Source of the DNA: Actinomycetes bacterium
Lineage (GTDB): Bacteria > Actinomycetota > Acidimicrobiia > Acidimicrobiales > Palsa-688
Length of the DNA: 64,000 nt
Direction of reading: 5' to 3'
Assembly: GCA_021809105.1 (NCBI GenBank)
Contig: JAKBAM010000002.1
Coordinates: 201,025-265,024, forward strand
Part shown: positions 27,657-37,025 of the stretch, one piece after another
How the letters are laid out: every line of letters begins with the position of its first letter
Numbering within the stretch: the first letter of the stretch is position 1
Made by a program: the position numbers and the translations under genes
The notes under the pieces: model-generated
Database searches by the model: none
What the model was told of the DNA's origin: nothing
Seen by the model: only the letters and a program-made list of their open reading frames with translations

Positions 27657-29260
27657 GCGCTCGCCTCTCCGGCGCCGATGCCGTCGTGATCGGCGCCGGT
27701 CCCAACGGCCTGGTGGCAGCCAACGTCCTGGCCGACGCCGGCTGGGACGTCACCGTGCTCGAGGCACAGCCCGAGCCCGGCGGAGCGGTCCGCAGCGCTG
27801 AGCTGACGCTGCCCGGGTACACCCACGACATGTTCTCGGCCTTCTACCCCCTGGGAGCGGCGTCGCCCGCGATCGGTGATCTGGGCCTCGAGGAGCACGG
27901 GCTCATCTGGAAGCGGGCGCCGCTCACACTGGCCCACCCAACGCCCGACGGGAACTGCGCGGTGATCGGCGCGGACCGGGAACGGACAGCGGAGAGCCTG
28001 GAGAGCTTCGCCCCAGGCGACGGCGAGGGGTGGGCGTCTCTCATGGCGCCCTTCGACCACCACGGGAAGGACTTCCTGGACGTCCTGCTTCGCCCCTTCC
28101 CGCCGGTGCGCGCCGGCCTACGCCTGGCGACCAAGCTCAAGGTTCGCGGCGGACTCGACATGGCGCGCCTGGCGCTGATCCCGGCTCGCCGCCTCGGAGA
28201 GGAGACCTTTCGCGGCGAGGGCGGTCGGCTGCTGCTCGCCGGGAACGCCTTGCACACCGACCTGGCCCCCGAGGCCGCCGCTTCCGGGCTGTTCGGATGG
28301 CTGATGTGCTGCCTGGCCCAGGGCGTCGGGTTTCCGGTGCCCGAGGGTGGCGCAGGCTCGCTCACCTCGGCGCTGGTCCGGCGGCTCGAGAGGGCCGGGG
28401 GCCAGGTCCACTGCGGCCAGAGCGTCACCGAGATAGTGGTGTCGGCGGGACGGGCGGTCGCGGTGCGAACCGCCGGAGGCACAGAGGTGGCGGCTCGGAG
28501 GGCGGTCCTGGCGGACGTCGTCGCCCCCCATCTCTACCGCCGACTCTTGTCCGGCACGCGGCTGCCGTCCCGCCTGGCCGCCGAGCTTGCCCGCTTCCAA
28601 TGGGATGCTGGCACGGTCAAGATCGACTGGGCTCTCTCCGCCCCCATCCCATGGTCGGCGCCCGACGCCCGGCGGGCCGGAACCGTCCACGTGGCCGACA
28701 GCGTCGACGACCTCACCCGGTGGTCGGCCGACCTGGCGACGGGCACTGTCCCGGCCCGCCCCTTCCTCCTCGTCGGGCAGCAGAGCATGACGGACCCGAC
28801 GCGGATGCCGCCGGGCGCGGAGACGGCGTGGGCCTACACCCACGTGCCGCGCGAGGTGAAACGCGATGCCGGTGAAGGCGTCGCCGGGCGGTGGGACTCC
28901 GACGACGGGCAAGCGATGGCGGAGCGGATCGAGCAGCGGATCGAGGATCTGGCTCCCGGCTTCCGCAATCTGATCCTCAAACGCCACGCACTGACGCCGC
29001 GGGGTCTGTCGGAAGCTGATAGCAACCTGGACGGCGGGGCCATCAACGGGGGGACCTCGCAATTGCATCAGCAATTGTTCTTCCGCCCTTTGCCCGGATC
29101 GGGGCGCCCGGGCACTTTCGTCGACGGCTTGTACCTGGCATCGTCGTCAGCCCACCCTGGGGGCGGGGTGCACGGGGCTTGCGGCGCCAACGCTGCACGA
29201 GCGGCGCTGGCTGCCGCCAGGGCCGGCCGTCTCAGGGCGCGCCGGCCAGCCGGCGGGTGA
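27653..29260 (+). CDS. NAD(P)/FAD-dependent oxidoreductase, phytoene desaturase (CrtI-like) family
   Basis: Dinucleotide-binding VVIGAGPNGLVAANVLADAGWDVTVLE. 535 aa amine-oxidase-type fold. Confidence 0.8.
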   Translation: MSARLSGADAVVIGAGPNGLVAANVLADAGWDVTVLEAQPEPGGAVRSAELTLPGYTHDMFSAFYPLGAASPAIGDLGLEEHGLIWKRAPLTLAHPTPDGNCAVIGADRERTAESLESFAPGDGEGWASLMAPFDHHGKDFLDVLLRPFPPVRAGLRLATKLKVRGGLDMARLALIPARRLGEETFRGEGGRLLLAGNALHTDLAPEAAASGLFGWLMCCLAQGVGFPVPEGGAGSLTSALVRRLERAGGQVHCGQSVTEIVVSAGRAVAVRTAGGTEVAARRAVLADVVAPHLYRRLLSGTRLPSRLAAELARFQWDAGTVKIDWALSAPIPWSAPDARRAGTVHVADSVDDLTRWSADLATGTVPARPFLLVGQQSMTDPTRMPPGAETAWAYTHVPREVKRDAGEGVAGRWDSDDGQAMAERIEQRIEDLAPGFRNLILKRHALTPRGLSEADSNLDGGAINGGTSQLHQQLFFRPLPGSGRPGTFVDGLYLASSSAHPGGGVHGACGANAARAALAAARAGRLRARRPAGG

Positions 29261-29266
29261 AGGGTC

Positions 29267-29869
29267 TTGTCCCCGGAGGAGGCCAGGCCATCCATTACCC
29301 CACAGCCGGTGGAGCGCTGCGGCGAGCGGACGCCCGGCGTTCCCGACATCCTCGGCCCCCAACTCGACGTCCTGTTTTGCGGCATCAACCCGGGAGCGCT
29401 CTCGGGGGCGACGGGCCATCATTTCGCCCGTCCCGGCAACCGGTTCTGGAGCGCGCTGCACGGAGCGGGTTTCACCGACCGCCGCCTGGCGCCCGGCGAA
29501 CAGTACGAGCTCCTGGCTGCGGGGGTGGGTATCACCAATCTGGTCGCCCGTACCACCGCGACGGCGGCCGAGGTCGAGCCGGCCGAGCTGCGTGCAGGCG
29601 CTCAGCGCGTAGCGGCGGTGGCCCTACGCTGGCGCCCTCGCGCGGTGGCCATCCTCGGGATCCAAGCCTACCGTCAGGCCTTCGGGCGCCCTCACGCCAC
29701 CATCGGGCGACAGCCCGAGCCCATCGGCCCTTCCGAACTCTGGGTGCTACCCAACCCGAGCGGCCTGCAAGCTCGTTACCAGCTCCCTGACCTCATCGAG
29801 ATGTTGTCCGCCCTGCGCGCATCGGTGCGCCCGGAAGGCGGCGCCCGGCGGCCACCCCCGCCAGCGTGA
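29267..29869 (+). CDS. mug: G/U mismatch-specific uracil-DNA glycosylase (family 2 UDG, Mug)
   Basis: GINPGALSGATGHHFARPGNRFW and VLPNPSG motifs. TTG start is uncertain (alternative GTG at 29309). Confidence 0.8.
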   Translation: MSPEEARPSITPQPVERCGERTPGVPDILGPQLDVLFCGINPGALSGATGHHFARPGNRFWSALHGAGFTDRRLAPGEQYELLAAGVGITNLVARTTATAAEVEPAELRAGAQRVAAVALRWRPRAVAILGIQAYRQAFGRPHATIGRQPEPIGPSELWVLPNPSGLQARYQLPDLIEMLSALRASVRPEGGARRPPPPA

Positions 29870-31076
29870 CCGTGCACGCCACCGTCGCGCCGAGGAGCAG
29901 GGCGGTGGTGTCGGCTAGGGGAGCGAGGCTGGAGATGACCACGGGTGCAGCGAAGCCGACATAGGTCAGGGCGTAGAACACCGCAGTCACTCGAGCCAAC
30001 GCCTCTGGGTGACTTGCCCGCTGGACCTCGAGTAGGCCCGAGACCAAACACGTCCCGTACCCCGCTCCGAGCAGCATCGCCGCGACGAGCACAAGCGCTG
30101 GCTGGGCGGTGGAAGCGGCGCCGGCCCCCACCGCCATCCCGATGGTCACCAATGCCAGCCCCACCTGGACGCCGCGTGCCTCGGAGCGAGCATCGAGTCG
30201 GCGCGCCCACGGCTGCACCAGGACGCCGACGAGCAACGTGAGCCCGGCGACCACGGCGGCGAAGAGGACCTCGTAGTGCCCGGTGTGGCTGGTCACCTGG
30301 GCCGGGAGGACGGCGAAAGCCACCGACGCGGCTGCGAACACCCAGGGAGCCATGGGGGCGGCCGCGAGCCAGAACCTACGGTCGATCCCGTGCCGGGGCG
30401 AAAGAGGTCTTCTGCGGTGCCCGACCGTCGGGCCCACCGCGGCCGTGGTGTGACGGCCGACGGTTTCCGGCGTGCGCAGGACCCACGGGCAGACGGCCGC
30501 CACCACCATCAGGTGGGCGATGTAGGGCACTACGGTGGGATCGGGAAGCCACTGGGCGAGGAGGCCTGCGACGAGCGGGCCAGCGCCGAAACCGGCAGTC
30601 AGCGCGACTGCGGCGCGCCGGGCACCGAGCTGAGCGTCGCCCACGGCACCCCAGGGTGGCGATGAGAGCTCCTTGACCCATGCCGTGCCGGGGGCGAAGG
30701 CCAGTCCCGACGCGATCCCGGCCAGGAACCGGCCGGCGTAGAGAGCGCCGAGCCCGGTAACGCCCCCGAGCATGAGGATGGACGTCGCCACCGCCGACAG
30801 GCCGACTACCGGGACGACGAGGCGCCGACCGTGCCGGTCGGATAGGCGGCCACCGATCAGCAGTGCCGGGATGAGCCCGACTGCGTATACCCCGAAGAGA
30901 GCGTCGGCCGTCGTCGCACTGAGGTGGGATTGGTGGCGGTAGGCGAGTAGCAGGGAGCTGAACTGGTTTGCGCCCCAACCGACCGCGAAGAGGGCGGCGG
31001 CAGCCCCCAGCCAGGGCTGCGGCGCCCTCTGGCCGCCCGCGGCGGCATGGGCGGCGGCGGCTGGCGCTTGCACCAC
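29793..31076 (-). CDS. MFS transporter
   Basis: 12 predicted TM segments with MFS loop motifs. The 3' end overlaps the mug 3' end by 77 bp (convergent). Confidence 0.75.
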   Translation of the reverse strand: MVQAPAAAAHAAAGGQRAPQPWLGAAAALFAVGWGANQFSSLLLAYRHQSHLSATTADALFGVYAVGLIPALLIGGRLSDRHGRRLVVPVVGLSAVATSILMLGGVTGLGALYAGRFLAGIASGLAFAPGTAWVKELSSPPWGAVGDAQLGARRAAVALTAGFGAGPLVAGLLAQWLPDPTVVPYIAHLMVVAAVCPWVLRTPETVGRHTTAAVGPTVGHRRRPLSPRHGIDRRFWLAAAPMAPWVFAAASVAFAVLPAQVTSHTGHYEVLFAAVVAGLTLLVGVLVQPWARRLDARSEARGVQVGLALVTIGMAVGAGAASTAQPALVLVAAMLLGAGYGTCLVSGLLEVQRASHPEALARVTAVFYALTYVGFAAPVVISSLAPLADTTALLLGATVACTVTLAGVAAGRRLPGAPMRAGRTTSR

Positions 31077-31116
31077 AGAAGTTTACGGAGCACCGGCGGC
31101 TAGGGCAGCTGGCACC

Positions 31117-31365
31117 ATGGAGGCGATGGACATGAGCGATGAAGACGTGACCGGCCGGTCCGGGACGGTGACGACGCGGATCCGGGGAGGGGACCTCCCG
31201 GGCGAGGTCCAAGTGGCGATCCGCGGCGGCACGGAAACCTTCATCGCTTATGCAGAGCAAGAGATCGAGCGTCGCGAGACCGTGCTCGTCTACCGGAGTC
31301 GCGGAGCGCGAGCCGTCGATGTCATTCCTTTTCCCGAAGGTCGCCTGCTTGCCGACGGTCTCTGA
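31117..31365 (+). CDS. NfeD-like OB-fold mini-protein (no membrane anchor)
   Basis: 82 aa. The beta-barrel pattern GRSGTVTTRIRGGDLPGEVQVAIRGGTETFIAY...ETVLVYRSRGARAVDVIPF resembles the NfeD C-terminal domain. Immediately upstream of flotillin. Confidence 0.45.
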   Translation: MEAMDMSDEDVTGRSGTVTTRIRGGDLPGEVQVAIRGGTETFIAYAEQEIERRETVLVYRSRGARAVDVIPFPEGRLLADGL

Positions 31366-31415
31366 CAAGATCGGGGTGTGCCTGCGTTGAACGACGCGGC
31401 GCGTTAGGAGTGACC

Positions 31416-32585
31416 ATGTTCGGCTATCGCATCCCGGATCCGGATGAGGCGATGATCATAAGCGGAGCTAAGTCTCGCGGGGACGAGGGCACGCCGTTTC
31501 GGATCGTGACGGGTCATGGCACGTTCGTCAACCCGATCCGTTCGAAAGTGTCGTTCCTGTCCCTGTCGATGCAGGAGGCAGAGGTGCAGGAGCCGTGCGT
31601 GACGCAGCAGGGGATCACCTTGACGGTGAAGGCGGTGATTGCCTTCAAGGTCGGTGACGACAAGTCCTCCATTGTCAACGCGGCGCGGCGGTTCCTTGCC
31701 GACGAGGACCAGATGCCTCGCCTCACCGGCCGGATCTTCGCCGGGCACCTGCGGTCGATCGTCGGCTCCATGACCGTCGAAGACCTCATCCGTGAGCGTC
31801 AGAAGCTGGCCGAGGAGATCCTCGACGCCTCGAAGCCGGAGATGGCCAAGCTGGGCCTGGTCGTAGATTCCCTTCAGATCGAGAGCATCGACGACCAAGG
31901 GTCAGGTTACATCTTGGCGCTCTCGCAGCCGCACGTCGCTGCTGTCAACCAGGCCGCCCAGATCGCCCAGGCGCAGGCTGAGCAGGCCGCAGCCGAAGCG
32001 CGCCAGGAGAGCGAACGCAACCAGGCGGACTACGTCCGACAGACCTCGATCGCACAGGCCAGATACAAGGCCGAGGTCGATCAAGCTCAGGCGAAGTCGG
32101 GCCAGGCGGGCCCACTGGCGGCCGCTCAGGCCCAGCAGGAGGTCCTCGCCGAGCAAGCGAAGGTGGCGGCGAAGAACGCTGAGCTGCGCAAGCAGCAGCT
32201 GGTAGCCGAGGTCGGAGCCCCGGCCGAGGCTGAAGCAGAGCGCATCCGTACCATCGCCAGGGCCAACGCCGACTCCACCACCTTCGCGGCGGAGGCCGCC
32301 GCTGCCAATGGGCGCGTGGCGCTCGACCAGCAGTTGATCGCCATGCTCCCCCAGATCAGCCAGAACCTTGCCACGGGGCTCGCCAACGCCAACGTCACCA
32401 TCCTCGACGGCGCCTCCGGGTACAACCATGTGGTGGCCGAGCTGGGTGCCCAGGCAGCGGCCATCCTGGGCGCTGTTCGCGGCGCGGCCAATGCCGCTGG
32501 CTCGCCGGCCGGCGGCGGCAACTCCCCCCGAACCGGTAACTCGATCAACGGCGTGCCCGGATCGGCGGTCGAGCAGGCCCGTTGA
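31416..32585 (+). CDS. SPFH/band-7 flotillin-like protein (FloA/YqiK-type)
   Basis: SPFH domain followed by a long A/Q/E-rich coiled-coil. AGGAG RBS 6 nt before the ATG. Confidence 0.85.
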   Translation: MFGYRIPDPDEAMIISGAKSRGDEGTPFRIVTGHGTFVNPIRSKVSFLSLSMQEAEVQEPCVTQQGITLTVKAVIAFKVGDDKSSIVNAARRFLADEDQMPRLTGRIFAGHLRSIVGSMTVEDLIRERQKLAEEILDASKPEMAKLGLVVDSLQIESIDDQGSGYILALSQPHVAAVNQAAQIAQAQAEQAAAEARQESERNQADYVRQTSIAQARYKAEVDQAQAKSGQAGPLAAAQAQQEVLAEQAKVAAKNAELRKQQLVAEVGAPAEAEAERIRTIARANADSTTFAAEAAAANGRVALDQQLIAMLPQISQNLATGLANANVTILDGASGYNHVVAELGAQAAAILGAVRGAANAAGSPAGGGNSPRTGNSINGVPGSAVEQAR

Positions 32586-32646
32586 GGGGTAGACAGGCAA
32601 GTGGCGGCCCGGAGGTCGCCCAACCGACGCCAAGGAGCCTCACCTC

Positions 32647-33418
32647 ATGGAGTACGTAAACCTCCCTGGCTGAGTACGCCAACCGTGACGAGGTGGTCCT
32701 GGCCACCAAGGTTCACGGCGCGACGCGCAAGGGGCCCAATGGCGCTGGTCTGTCACGCAAAGCCGTCCTGAGCGAGATCGACCACAGCCTGCGCCGCCTC
32801 GGTGTCGACTACGTCGACCTGTACCAGATCCACCGCTGGGATCCCCACACTCCCATCGAGGAGACTCTCGAGGCCCTCGACGACGTAGTCCGAGCAGGGA
32901 AGGCCCGATACATCGGCGCCTCGTCGATGTGGGCCTGGCAGTTCGCCAAGGCGCTCCACGCTTCTGCCGCCCACGGATGGGCGCGCTTCGTCACCATGCA
33001 GGACCACTACAACCTGCTCTACCGGGAGGAGGAGCGGGAGATGCTGCCGCTTTGTCGCGACGAGGGTATCGGCGTGATCCCGTGGAGCCCGCTGGCCCGA
33101 GGGCGCCTCACTCGGCCATGGAACTCCACCAGCGCCCGGAGCGAGGCCGATGAGTTCGGCCAGAGCCTGTATAAGGAAGAGGACCGCAGGGTGGTCGAGG
33201 CTGTCGCCCGAGTTGCCGAGGCGCGCGGAGTCCCTGCTGCCGAGGTGGCGCTGGCGTGGATGCTCTCGAAGCCGGGTATCGCCGCCCCGATCGTCGGCGC
33301 GACCAAGATGGCGCACCTCGACGACGCCATTGCTGCCGTCGACCTGAGGCTCACCGACGAGGAGGTGGGGCACTTGGAAGGCCCCTACCTTCCCCACGGG
33401 GTGGCTGGCCACCGCTGA
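32647..33418 (+). pseudogene. aldo/keto reductase with internal 5' deletion (remnant)
   Basis: AAGGAG RBS, then ATG GAG TAC ... TGA (MEYVNLPG-stop), the typical AKR start MEY. The remainder (EYANRDEVVLATKV...) resumes in another frame 25 nt later. About 70 codons carrying the catalytic Asp/Tyr are missing. Confidence 0.5.
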
Positions 33419-33469
33419 GGGTCCCCTTGGATGGCGGAGGGCGTCGAGCGATCAACCTCTCTGGCTCAC

Positions 33470-34264
33470 TCAACCTCTCTGGCCCGGCCGTAGCAAGTGT
33501 TCTTGCACCAGGACCGCGCCGATGGCGCCCTCCCGGTTCCGGAGGGTCCCCGAGTACAAGGACCTCCCTCCCTGGGCCAACCACGCCGAGAGGTCGAGGA
33601 ACACCCAGTCGTCTGCGTCGATGGGCTCGTGGAACCACAACGCATGGTCCAGCGAGGGGCCGCCCCATCCCTCCTTGGCGTACTTGGGGTCGGGGAAAGA
33701 TGCCCCGAAGTCCGACAGGTAGGCCAGCGCACATGCCTGCCGGATCGGGTCGGGGCCAACGGGCTCACGGACCTTCACCCACAGCCGACCGGCCAGATCC
33801 TCGGCTTCGCCCAGCGAGCGGTGCTCGAACAGGCCCCCAGAGCCCCAGTCCTTGGTCGCGGGGGCTAGCCCCTCGGGGTCGGGGGGCGCGTCCAACGGCT
33901 GGCCATCGAAGAGCACCCCGTCCTGCTGGAGCTGGAACGACGCCGACATCGTGAAGATGACCTCGCCGTGCTGCACGGCCTCCACATGGCGGGCCGAGAA
34001 GCTCCGACCATCCCGATCCCGATCGACCCGGATGATGACGGGCCAATCCGGCTTGCCGGCGCGTAGAAAGTAGCCGTGTAGGGAATGGGGACGGCGATCG
34101 GCGGCCACCGTCAGGAACGCAGCCATCAGGCACTGAGCCGCCACCTGCCCTCCGTAAAGCCGGCCTTGCCCACGGTCCGGTTGGTTGCAGCCGCGGTAGA
34201 GGTCGCGGTCGAGGAGCTCCAAGTCGAGTAGCTCGGAAAGGGTGTGAGCCGTGCGCATCGTCAC
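33470..34264 (-). CDS. acyl-CoA thioesterase II (TesB family)
   Basis: Double hot-dog pattern LYGGQVAAQCLMAA...RDGRSFSARHVEAVQHGEVIF. Confidence 0.8.
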   Translation of the reverse strand: MTMRTAHTLSELLDLELLDRDLYRGCNQPDRGQGRLYGGQVAAQCLMAAFLTVAADRRPHSLHGYFLRAGKPDWPVIIRVDRDRDGRSFSARHVEAVQHGEVIFTMSASFQLQQDGVLFDGQPLDAPPDPEGLAPATKDWGSGGLFEHRSLGEAEDLAGRLWVKVREPVGPDPIRQACALAYLSDFGASFPDPKYAKEGWGGPSLDHALWFHEPIDADDWVFLDLSAWLAQGGRSLYSGTLRNREGAIGAVLVQEHLLRPGQRG

Positions 34265-34333
34265 AGTTTGGCCAGCAGGAAGGCCGATGCGGCCGAACGT
34301 GGCCGCCGAGAGCGTTCGCTACCATTGTCTCCC

Positions 34334-35185
34334 ATGGCGGGAAGCGTGCGATGGCGCAGCGTGTTGTTCACACCGGCCACCCGGCCGGACCGTGCGGCCC
34401 GGCTGGCGGCCACGGCTTCGGACGTGACGGTCTTGGACCTCGAGGATGCCGTACCTGTCGAAGGGAAGGACACGGCGCGCGACCAGCTGAAGGGTTTCGC
34501 CGCAGCCGTCCGCGCAGCTGCCCCCCGCCTGGTGGTGCTCGCCCGGGTCAACCCGATCGGAAGCCCTTGGTTCGCCGCTGATGTCGCCGCCGCGGCCGCC
34601 GCCGGGGTGGCTGGTGTGGTGCTTCCCAAGGTGGCCAGCGCCGCAGACGCGGCGACTGTAGGCGAGGCATGGAACGCTGCCGGGGGACATCCTCACCCGG
34701 CGATGATGGCTGGTCTGGAAACCGCGGCGGGGATCCACGCAGCGCCGGATATTCTGCGGCCGGGGCACTTTGCGGCCGCCTATTTCGGGGCTGAAGACTA
34801 CATCGCTGATCTCGGCGGCCGGCGCACCCAGTCCTCTGCCGAGGTGCTCTATGCCCGGTCACGGGTGGCCATGGCTGCCGCTCTCGGGCGGATCGACGCA
34901 GTCGACCAGGTGGTGGTGAGCTATGGCGATGCCAATGCCTTTCGCGCCGACGCTGCGGTCGCGCGCGACCTCGGCTACCGGGGCAAGCTCTGCATCCACC
35001 CCGATCAAGTGGCCCTGGCCCACGCGGCGTTCACCCCGTCGGGCACCGAGGTCACCCGGGCCCGGGCCCTCCTGGATGCGTTGGCCGCAGCCGGCGGTGG
35101 GGTGGCCAGCTTCGAGGGTCAGATGATCGACGCCCCGGCCGTCCTTGCGGCCAACAAGGTCGTGGAGTTGGCCGAGCCCGGCTGA
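34334..35185 (+). CDS. HpcH/HpaI aldolase / citrate-lyase beta-like (CitE-family) acyl-CoA lyase
   Basis: SVLFTPATRPDR...LDLEDAV N-terminus typical of CitE/citramalyl-CoA lyase. Internal ATG chosen; the ORF extends to 34244. Confidence 0.8.
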   Translation: MAGSVRWRSVLFTPATRPDRAARLAATASDVTVLDLEDAVPVEGKDTARDQLKGFAAAVRAAAPRLVVLARVNPIGSPWFAADVAAAAAAGVAGVVLPKVASAADAATVGEAWNAAGGHPHPAMMAGLETAAGIHAAPDILRPGHFAAAYFGAEDYIADLGGRRTQSSAEVLYARSRVAMAAALGRIDAVDQVVVSYGDANAFRADAAVARDLGYRGKLCIHPDQVALAHAAFTPSGTEVTRARALLDALAAAGGGVASFEGQMIDAPAVLAANKVVELAEPG

Positions 35186-35217
35186 GGCTGTCCAAGTGCT
35201 TCGCATGGCGGCCTGGG

Positions 35218-35703
35218 TCAGCTCTCGGGGGTTGCGCGCATGAGAGCTTTACGGTCGGCGACGACAACCTCCTCTCCTCGCTGGTTGTACCCGACGTGGC
35301 GGAAGGTCACGATCCCCTGCGATGGCCTCGAAGACGACGGACGGGAGGCCAGCACCTCGCTCTCCGCCCGGATGGTGTCTCCATGGAAGACGGGGTGGGG
35401 GAAGTCGATCTTCGTGAAGCCGAGGTTGGCCACCGTGGTGCCAAGCGTCAGATCCGCGACGCTCAGTCCGACGACGAGAGCCAGCGTGAAGAGGCTGTTG
35501 ACCAGGCGCTGGCCGAACTCGCTGTTGGAAGCAAACTCCTCGTCGAGGTGCAGGGGCTGAGGGTTCATCGAGAGGCAGGTGAACATGACGTTGTCGGACT
35601 CGGTGACGGTCCGGGCGATCGCGTGGCGGATCCGGTAGCCCACGGGGAGCTCGTCGAGCCACCGGCCCCGCATGGGCGAAGGTTGTGCCATGGCGTTTTC
35701 CAT
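35218..35703 (-). CDS. MaoC-like (R)-specific enoyl-CoA hydratase/dehydratase
   Basis: Hot-dog fold pattern [24 protein letters not shown]...[16 protein letters not shown]. Confidence 0.75.
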   Translation of the reverse strand: MENAMAQPSPMRGRWLDELPVGYRIRHAIARTVTESDNVMFTCLSMNPQPLHLDEEFASNSEFGQRLVNSLFTLALVVGLSVADLTLGTTVANLGFTKIDFPHPVFHGDTIRAESEVLASRPSSSRPSQGIVTFRHVGYNQRGEEVVVADRKALMRATPES

Positions 35704-35756
35704 ACGGGTGTTTCTACCGTGCACACCCGACCCGGGCCAGTACCGCGCCTTCCCTG

Positions 35757-37016
35757 CTATCCGAAGCCTCCGGCCGCGGCCAGTCGGTCCCGCCATCCCG
35801 GTGCAGCTACCGCCACCATCGCGTCGGCTCGCTCCTGGAGGCTGGCTCCTCGCAGCCAGGCCACACCGTGCTCGGTCACCACGGCATCGACGGCGTGGCG
35901 AGGCAGCGAGACGGGAGTCCCGGGGGCCAGGCGCGCCACGATCTTGCTGGCTGCACCGCGGGCATCTGTGGAGCGCAGAGCGACGACGCGCAAGCCTCCG
36001 GTCGACCGGTGGGCCCCCTCGAAGAAGTCCGCCGCCCCACCTATGCCTGAGAGCACCCGGCCACCCGCCGCCTCCAAAGCCACCTGCCCGGTGAGGTCCA
36101 CCTCCAGCGCGGAGTTGATCGACACGAACCGGTTGATCTCACCGATCCATCTCGGGTTGTGCACGTGCTCCGACGACACCACTTCGACGTCGGGGTTGCG
36201 GTCCACGAACGCCATCAGCCGCTCGGTCCCCATCACCTCCACGGCGACCACCGGCGGTGTGTGGGCGCCCCTGCGGAGAGCACCCGTGTCGAGCAGTCGC
36301 ATCACGCCGTCGCCGGCCATACCGACAAGGCGGGCGCCCCCCTCGACGCTGCCCAGCGAATCGGTGACGGCTTCGGGCACCGCTCCGATACCAAGCTGTA
36401 CTGTAGGGGCTCGGGGTAGCAAGCCGAGAACCGCCTCCGCGATGCGGTCGTGGATCTCGGTCCGAATCGCGGGTTGGTGAAGACAGGTCGGAGTGTCGGC
36501 TTCGACCAAAGCGGTGCAGTCGTCGACCGACAAGAGCGTGTCGCCGGTGGTGCGGGGAAGGGCAGCATCTATCTCGGCCAGCACCACCCCACCGGCCGCC
36601 CGCACCGCCCGCAGTCCTGCCAGGGTGTAGCTGCCCGACGGCCCGATGCTGCACAAGCCGGCGGCGTCGGGGGGTGATACCCGCACAACGAGGCTATCTA
36701 CGGTGCCGGGGAGAGATGCCGGGACGTCACCCAACCGGTAGGGAACGTAATCCACGACGCCCGTGTCGGCCAGCCGGCGACCCTCTCCGCTCGGGTGCCA
36801 AGTACGTAGCGACAAGGTGCCGGCGGCGACGGCGTCGAGCCAGGGCAGCGACCCCAGCAGCATTCCTGCGACGACGCCCATGCCGGGCCGCTCGCAGGCC
36901 AGGCGACCCACCGCCGCCAGCAAGGTGGTCGGGGTGGAACAGGAGGGCGACGACAGGATCCGCGCGCCCTCGGGCAGCAGCCGGACGGCGGTGTCGGGGC
37001 GGAGGAGCTTCGTCAT
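35757..37016 (-). CDS. acetyl-CoA hydrolase/transferase family protein (CoA-transferase)
   Basis: 419 aa with two-domain CoA-transferase family architecture. Upstream of MaoC on the same strand. Confidence 0.7.
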   Translation of the reverse strand: MTKLLRPDTAVRLLPEGARILSSPSCSTPTTLLAAVGRLACERPGMGVVAGMLLGSLPWLDAVAAGTLSLRTWHPSGEGRRLADTGVVDYVPYRLGDVPASLPGTVDSLVVRVSPPDAAGLCSIGPSGSYTLAGLRAVRAAGGVVLAEIDAALPRTTGDTLLSVDDCTALVEADTPTCLHQPAIRTEIHDRIAEAVLGLLPRAPTVQLGIGAVPEAVTDSLGSVEGGARLVGMAGDGVMRLLDTGALRRGAHTPPVVAVEVMGTERLMAFVDRNPDVEVVSSEHVHNPRWIGEINRFVSINSALEVDLTGQVALEAAGGRVLSGIGGAADFFEGAHRSTGGLRVVALRSTDARGAASKIVARLAPGTPVSLPRHAVDAVVTEHGVAWLRGASLQERADAMVAVAAPGWRDRLAAAGGFG

Positions 37017-37025
37017 GCCCGGCGG

